Positions 59,387 through 64,000 of a DNA stretch of 64,000 bases are shown piece after piece. The stretch comes from Spirochaetales bacterium. Lineage in GTDB: Bacteria; Bacillota; Clostridia; Christensenellales; UBA1242. Numbering within the stretch: position 1 is the first letter of the stretch; each line of letters begins with the position of its first letter. A program made the position numbers and the translations under genes. The notes under the pieces were generated by a model. It had not been told where the DNA came from. It saw nothing but the letters and a program-made list of their open reading frames with translations, and made no database searches. The DNA lies in the NCBI GenBank assembly GCA_050178795.1, contig JBFXFT010000006.1:315-64314 (forward strand), written 5' to 3'.

Positions 59387-59860
59387 ATGTCAGAAACAGT
59401 ATATTTAACCGAAGATGGTTTGAAAAAATTAAAAGATGAATTAGAACAATTAAAAACAGTAGAACGTTTAAAAGTTGCCGATATGATAGGAGAGGCAAAG
59501 TCTTTTGGCGACCTATCTGAAAACTCTGAGTATGACGCAGCAAAAAATAAAGAGGCTCAACTTGAAGGCAAAATTTACGAAATTCAAGAGAAGTTAAAAA
59601 ATTATGTATTAATAGAAGCAGGACATATAGATACTACAAAGGTAAGTGTTGGTTGTTCTGTAACTCTTTACGACAAAGAATTTGATGAGGAAGTTGTTTA
59701 CAAAATTATGGGCTCAACAGAGAGCGACCCAATAAATGGATTAATTAGCAACGAATCCCCTATAGGTAAAGCCCTAATGGGTAAGAAAAAAGGCGAAGAA
59801 ATTGCCGTTGAAACCCCAGGTGGAGTTACCAACTTTAAAATTTTAAAAATAAGTGCATAA
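59387..59860 (+). CDS. greA: Transcription elongation factor GreA
   Basis: 'LTEDGLKKLKDELEQLK', 'GDLSENSEYDAAK' and 'ISNESPIGKALMGKKKGE'. Confidence 0.95.
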   Translation: MSETVYLTEDGLKKLKDELEQLKTVERLKVADMIGEAKSFGDLSENSEYDAAKNKEAQLEGKIYEIQEKLKNYVLIEAGHIDTTKVSVGCSVTLYDKEFDEEVVYKIMGSTESDPINGLISNESPIGKALMGKKKGEEIAVETPGGVTNFKILKISA

Positions 59861-59956
59861 TAAAAAATTAAATTTAAAAGCCTTAAACATTTAAGGCTTT
59901 TTTGTTGGCTTTTGCTCGCCTTTATGTTAAACTTTTAATGAGTTTGGAGGCGTCTT

Positions 59957-60574
59957 ATGAAAAAACTTTTCATTACCTTTGAAGGTGGCGAGGGCAGTGG
60001 TAAAACCACTCAAATAAACTTATTAAAAGAATACTTTGAAAATAACAACTATTCTGTTGTAACAACGCGTGAGCCGGGCGGCAGTCTAATTTGCGAGCAA
60101 ATAAGGGCGGTATTAAAGGACGGCAACAATGGCAAAATGGGCAAAATGACAGAGTTACTTTTGTTTTCTGCCGCTAGAAGTCAACACGCTGAGGACATTA
60201 TAGTGCCAGCACTTGAAAGGGGCGATATTGTGCTTTGTGATCGCTTTTATGACTCATCTATAGTCTACCAAGGCTATGGCAGAGGGCTTGGCGAAAAAAC
60301 AGTGCGCGAAGTTACTAGGTTTGCAATAGGGGCTTTGGAACCAACCCTTACTTTTTATTTAAACATAGACCCAGAGACGGCTTTTAGGCGTAAAAACGGA
60401 CCAGATAACGACAGGTTTGAAACCTCTGGACTAGAATTTCATAAAACCGTTCAAGCGGGCTATTTAAAACTAGCAAAAAAGGAAAAACGCATAAGGGTTA
60501 TTGATGCAAGTAAAACTATGCAAGAGGTTTTTGACCAAATAATAGAGGTTTTAAAGGCTGAAAAAATTATTTAG
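59957..60574 (+). CDS. tmk: Thymidylate kinase
   Basis: 'FITFEGGEGSGKTTQ', 'TREPGG' and 'DRFYDSSIVYQG'. Confidence 0.95.
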   Translation: MKKLFITFEGGEGSGKTTQINLLKEYFENNNYSVVTTREPGGSLICEQIRAVLKDGNNGKMGKMTELLLFSAARSQHAEDIIVPALERGDIVLCDRFYDSSIVYQGYGRGLGEKTVREVTRFAIGALEPTLTFYLNIDPETAFRRKNGPDNDRFETSGLEFHKTVQAGYLKLAKKEKRIRVIDASKTMQEVFDQIIEVLKAEKII

Positions 60575-60582
60575 GAATTTTA

Positions 60583-61566
60583 ATGGATTATATTTATGAC
60601 TATAAAAAACTAAATACATTGACAACTTTTTTAAAAGGGGTTAAAAAACAAAAATTGAGCCACGCCTATTTGTTTTTGAGTAGCGACAAAAATACAAATG
60701 AAGCGGCGGCGATTCTTTTTGCTTCAAGTTTGGTCTGTGCGCATAAAGATGCACCTTGTTTTGAGTGTAGCACTTGTTTAAAAGTTATAAATCGTACTGG
60801 CGTTGATGTCTTTACATACCCAAAAAAGAACAGCATAGTGGTTGAAGACATTAAAGACATAATTGAAAATGCGGCGACTAAACCACTTGAATTTAGTAAA
60901 AAAATATTCGTTTTAAATAACATTGACGAGGCCACAATTTCTGCTCAAAACAAACTTTTAAAAACGTTAGAAGAGCCAGAACAAGATGTAATATTTATTT
61001 TGACCGCAACGAGTATTAAGGCTGTTTTACCAACAATCGTCAGTAGGGCACGAACAATTTTGCTACCAAAAAGTGAAGTTGATGAAATTGAAGCGATTTT
61101 AAAGGAAAAAGAGAGCGATGCGAATAGAATTGCCTTTTCCGCTGAGGTTAGTGAGGGCAGTTTAGGCAGAGCGCTAGACATTTTAAATGACGAAACTTAT
61201 TTTAGCACCTACAATTTTGTTTTAGATATGCTAATAAATATGAAGACGACAAAAGATGTAATAAATTACAGCAGTGTCATAAATAAAAACACAAAATTTA
61301 TTAACCTATACTTAGAGCAACTAGAAAAAGTTTTTAGAGATGTTTTAATGATTAAGGCTGGCACAAGTGAAGTGGTTTTTAACAAACATTCATTAAACAC
61401 TTTAACAAAAATAAGCGAGGGCTACTCTCAACTTGCCCTATCAAAAATAGTTGAAAAAATATTGGAACACAAAAAAATGTTAAAATTTAATGCCAATCCA
61501 ACAGGCGTTATAGATACGCTTTTGATTGGTATTTTGGAGGTAAAATATAAATGGAGAGAAAAGTAG
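60583..61566 (+). CDS. holB: DNA polymerase III delta' subunit
   Basis: 'LSHAYLF', a Zn module 'C...CFECSTC', 'NKLLKTLEEP' and 'TIVSRA'. Confidence 0.85.
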   Translation: MDYIYDYKKLNTLTTFLKGVKKQKLSHAYLFLSSDKNTNEAAAILFASSLVCAHKDAPCFECSTCLKVINRTGVDVFTYPKKNSIVVEDIKDIIENAATKPLEFSKKIFVLNNIDEATISAQNKLLKTLEEPEQDVIFILTATSIKAVLPTIVSRARTILLPKSEVDEIEAILKEKESDANRIAFSAEVSEGSLGRALDILNDETYFSTYNFVLDMLINMKTTKDVINYSSVINKNTKFINLYLEQLEKVFRDVLMIKAGTSEVVFNKHSLNTLTKISEGYSQLALSKIVEKILEHKKMLKFNANPTGVIDTLLIGILEVKYKWREK

Positions 61567-62495
61567 TAGGAGTAAAATTTAAACCAGTAGGTAAAATTTA
61601 TTACTTTGATGCAAATAATTTAGAACTAAAAGATGGGGATGGCGTAATAGTAGAGACCGAAGTAGGGCAAGAATATGGTGAAGTTGTCTATGCGGAAAAA
61701 TTGGTAGATGCTTCAACCTTGCAGTCTGAACTTAAACCAATAATGCGAAAAGCGGTGGATAAAGACTACGACACGCTTGAAAAAAATAGTAAACGCGCGG
61801 TTGAATGCAGTAAGGTCGCTGCCGAATTAATAAAAAAACTAAACTTAGATATGAAACTTATAGATGTTGAACTAACCTTTGACGCAAGCAAGATAATTTT
61901 TACCTTTACGGCAGACGAAAGGGTAGATTTTAGAGAGTTAGTAAAAGAACTTGCAAATAAATTACATTCTAGAATAGAGTTAAGGCAAGTAGGTGCAAGG
62001 GACGTTTCAAAAATTGTTGGTGGTATAGGTCCTTGCGGAAGGGTTGTTTGTTGCGCTAATCACATGAGAGAATTTAACAAAGTAAGCATAAAAATGGCAA
62101 AAACTCAAGGTCTTGCTCTTAATCCAACAAAAATTAATGGTCTATGCGGCAGGCTTATGTGTTGCCTTGCTTATGAGGACGAATATTACTCCGAAATAAG
62201 CAAAAAAATGCCAAAAGTTGGTAGAACTGTGACGACTCCAGATGGCGAGGGCGTTGTAGTTTATAACAATTTGTTAAAAAATTTGGTGACAGTTAGGTTT
62301 TCTACTCCTGATGGCACTGCAACGACTACTGAGTATCCACTTAGCGACATAAAGAGAAATAATGTTGAAGAAAAAGAGGAAGAAAATCCAAATTGCAAGA
62401 ATTGCCCTAAAAAGCAATCAGCTGAACCAAACGATGAAGTTGACGAACTTGTAGAGGAAGAAGTAATAGTACTTATTGAAAGTGAAGAAGAGTAA
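61551..62495 (+). CDS. ricT: PSP1-domain protein RicT/YaaT
   Basis: 'VVGVKFKPVGKIYYFDANNLELKDGDGVIVETEVGQEYGEV' and a Cys cluster 'CGRVVCC...CGRLMCCLAYE'. Confidence 0.85.
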   Translation: MERKVVGVKFKPVGKIYYFDANNLELKDGDGVIVETEVGQEYGEVVYAEKLVDASTLQSELKPIMRKAVDKDYDTLEKNSKRAVECSKVAAELIKKLNLDMKLIDVELTFDASKIIFTFTADERVDFRELVKELANKLHSRIELRQVGARDVSKIVGGIGPCGRVVCCANHMREFNKVSIKMAKTQGLALNPTKINGLCGRLMCCLAYEDEYYSEISKKMPKVGRTVTTPDGEGVVVYNNLLKNLVTVRFSTPDGTATTTEYPLSDIKRNNVEEKEEENPNCKNCPKKQSAEPNDEVDELVEEEVIVLIESEEE

Positions 62496-62497
62496 AA

Positions 62498-63232
62498 ATG
62501 GAACTTTTAAAAAACGAAAGACTTGATGACCTTGAATATAAGGGGTTAAAAATAATTCAAGACAAAACAAAATATTGTTTTACGTCAGACGCTGTTTTGC
62601 TATCTAATTTTGCAAAGGCAAATAGTAGCGACACGGTGGTTGATTTGTGCACTGGAAGCGGCATTATTGCTACTCTTATGTATGCAAAAAATAACCCTAA
62701 AAAAGTCTATGGAATAGAACTTCAAAAATACCTATTTGATTTGGCGGTAAAGAGTGCAAAATTAAATGGACTAGACGACAAAATAACTTTTATAAACTCG
62801 CAAATACAAGACGCCACAAAGTACATAAAGGCTGGCAGTGTTTCGGTTGTAACCGTTAACCCACCTTATGAAAAAGTTGACGGACACTATTTAAGTGGAG
62901 ACGAGCAAATAGATATTTGCAAATATGAAAAAAGTCTTAACTTGACCGATGTCATAAAAGTGTCAAGCGACCTACTTAAATTTGGTGGCAAATTGTTTAT
63001 GGTACATAAAAGCAGTAGACTAACAGAAATTATTACACTATTAAAAAAGTATAATTTAGAGCCTAAAATTTTAAGGTTTATTCAACCAAAAGCACAGTTA
63101 AATTCAAATGTTGTACTAATAAAGGCAATTAAGGGCGGTAAGGCAGGGCTTCAAGTTGAACCCACACTAATTTTGACCGATGAAAATGGCGAATATTCAA
63201 AGGAATTAAAAAAGATTTATAACAAGGAGTAA
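62498..63232 (+). CDS. SAM-dependent methyltransferase (YabB / tRNA m6A37 TrmN6-like)
   Basis: 'VVDLCTGSGIIA' and 'VTVNPPYEK'. It occupies the conserved position between ricT and rsmI. Confidence 0.75.
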   Translation: MELLKNERLDDLEYKGLKIIQDKTKYCFTSDAVLLSNFAKANSSDTVVDLCTGSGIIATLMYAKNNPKKVYGIELQKYLFDLAVKSAKLNGLDDKITFINSQIQDATKYIKAGSVSVVTVNPPYEKVDGHYLSGDEQIDICKYEKSLNLTDVIKVSSDLLKFGGKLFMVHKSSRLTEIITLLKKYNLEPKILRFIQPKAQLNSNVVLIKAIKGGKAGLQVEPTLILTDENGEYSKELKKIYNKE

Positions 63233-63233
63233 A

Positions 63234-64000
63234 ATGAGCGGAACACTTTATTTTGTAGCAACCCCAATTGGCAATATGGGCGACATAACAAAAAGAGCCA
63301 TTGACACATTAAACGGCGTCAATGTCATTTTGTGTGAAGATACAAGGCACTCTGCAAAGTTGCTAAATTTGTTAGAAATTAAAAAACCGCTTCAAAGTTT
63401 TCACAAATTTAATTACGCTAAAAAAATACCAGAAGTAATAAATTTATTAAAAGAGGGGCAAAACATTGCGCTAATCACAGATGCAGGAACTCCAGCAATA
63501 AGCGATCCTGGGGCTGAAATTATTGAAGAATTAGTGAAAAATGATATAAAATACACCATAATACCAGGTGCAACGGCTAGTATTAACGCTTTTATTTTAT
63601 CTGGCTTTAAAACGACTTTTACTTTTGTGGGTTTTTTACCAGAGCAATTAAAGCAAAAAGAAGAGGTTTTAAAAGAACTTATAAATTACAAATCGGCACT
63701 AATTTTTTACAGCGCCCCACATAATTTAAATGATGACATAGCCTTTCTTTTTAAACACTTAGGCAACAGAAAATTGGTAGTAGTTAGGGAACTGACTAAA
63801 ATGTATGAGGAAATTTTACACACAACCCTTGAAGAGGGGTACACTAAGGAGCCTAAGGGCGAGTTTGCTCTAGTTGTTGAAGGCAAAACGGATGACTTAA
63901 ACGAACTCAACAATTTGACTATTGCAGAGCATATTGAGTACTATACCAAGTTAAAATACACCAAAAATGAAGCGATAAAACAAGTAGCAAAAGATAGAAA
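63234..64000 (+). CDS. rsmI: 16S rRNA (cytidine1402-2'-O)-methyltransferase, 3' end runs off the window
   Basis: It is absent from the ORF track because no stop codon falls in the window. A hand translation from the ATG at 63234 reads 'MSGTLYFVATPIGNMGDITKRAIDTLNGVNVILCEDTRHSAKLLN...ITDAGTPAISDPG...SAPHNL...RELTKMYEE', open to nt 64000. Confidence 0.9.
   Translation, partial: MSGTLYFVATPIGNMGDITKRAIDTLNGVNVILCEDTRHSAKLLNLLEIKKPLQSFHKFNYAKKIPEVINLLKEGQNIALITDAGTPAISDPGAEIIEELVKNDIKYTIIPGATASINAFILSGFKTTFTFVGFLPEQLKQKEEVLKELINYKSALIFYSAPHNLNDDIAFLFKHLGNRKLVVVRELTKMYEEILHTTLEEGYTKEPKGEFALVVEGKTDDLNELNNLTIAEHIEYYTKLKYTKNEAIKQVAKDR

Overview
This is a 64 kb chromosomal segment from a low-GC Gram-positive-lineage bacterium (Bacillota or a Mollicutes-related group). 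The markers supporting that placement are a T-box leader, SpoVG, WhiA, DegV, RicT/YaaT, split CoaC/CoaB, and sigma-A promoters with extended -10 elements. All family calls rest on motif recognition by eye; no database search was possible.

Layout:
- 1-7.4 kb: a visibly AT-richer defence island. It holds Type III R-M mod/res, a two-gene nucleotidyltransferase + Abi_2/HEPN operon, and a MerR regulator.
- 7.6-25.4 kb: mixed accessory and housekeeping genes. These include MscS, an S41 peptidase, a LysR-ADP-ribosylglycohydrolase fusion divergent from coaC-coaB, an XRE regulator, T-box-glyQS, a 20-Cys repeat protein and envelope proteins.
- 25.6-29.2 kb: a 23S-5S rRNA operon with its own promoter and no 16S gene.
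- 29.4-41.7 kb: accessory genes. These are AT-rich orphan genes, an ArsR regulon, an operon of four tandem paralogs, tRNA-Asn, an S1 protease, a glycine-zipper membrane protein with a small partner, and a UDG-family gene.
- 41.8-64 kb: a GLUG surface protein, then core genes: spoVG, rpmE, prmC-prfA, degV, asnS, uvrC, whiA, dnaE, pfkA, greA, tmk, holB, ricT, a methyltransferase and rsmI.

Most notable observations:
1. An NTase + HEPN(Abi_2) candidate defence module sits next to the Type III R-M system.
2. TGA is absent both as a stop codon (0 of 58 CDS) and in frame.
3. A LysR-ARH fusion regulator faces the CoA biosynthesis operon.
4. Four tightly coupled tandem paralogs belong to an unrecognised acidic protein family.
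5. A ~100-nt intergenic element occurs twice, and its hairpin shows compensatory base changes between the copies.
6. The 23S-5S operon is unlinked from 16S and is bracketed by a clear processing stem.

No transposase, integrase, CRISPR array or prophage was recognised.
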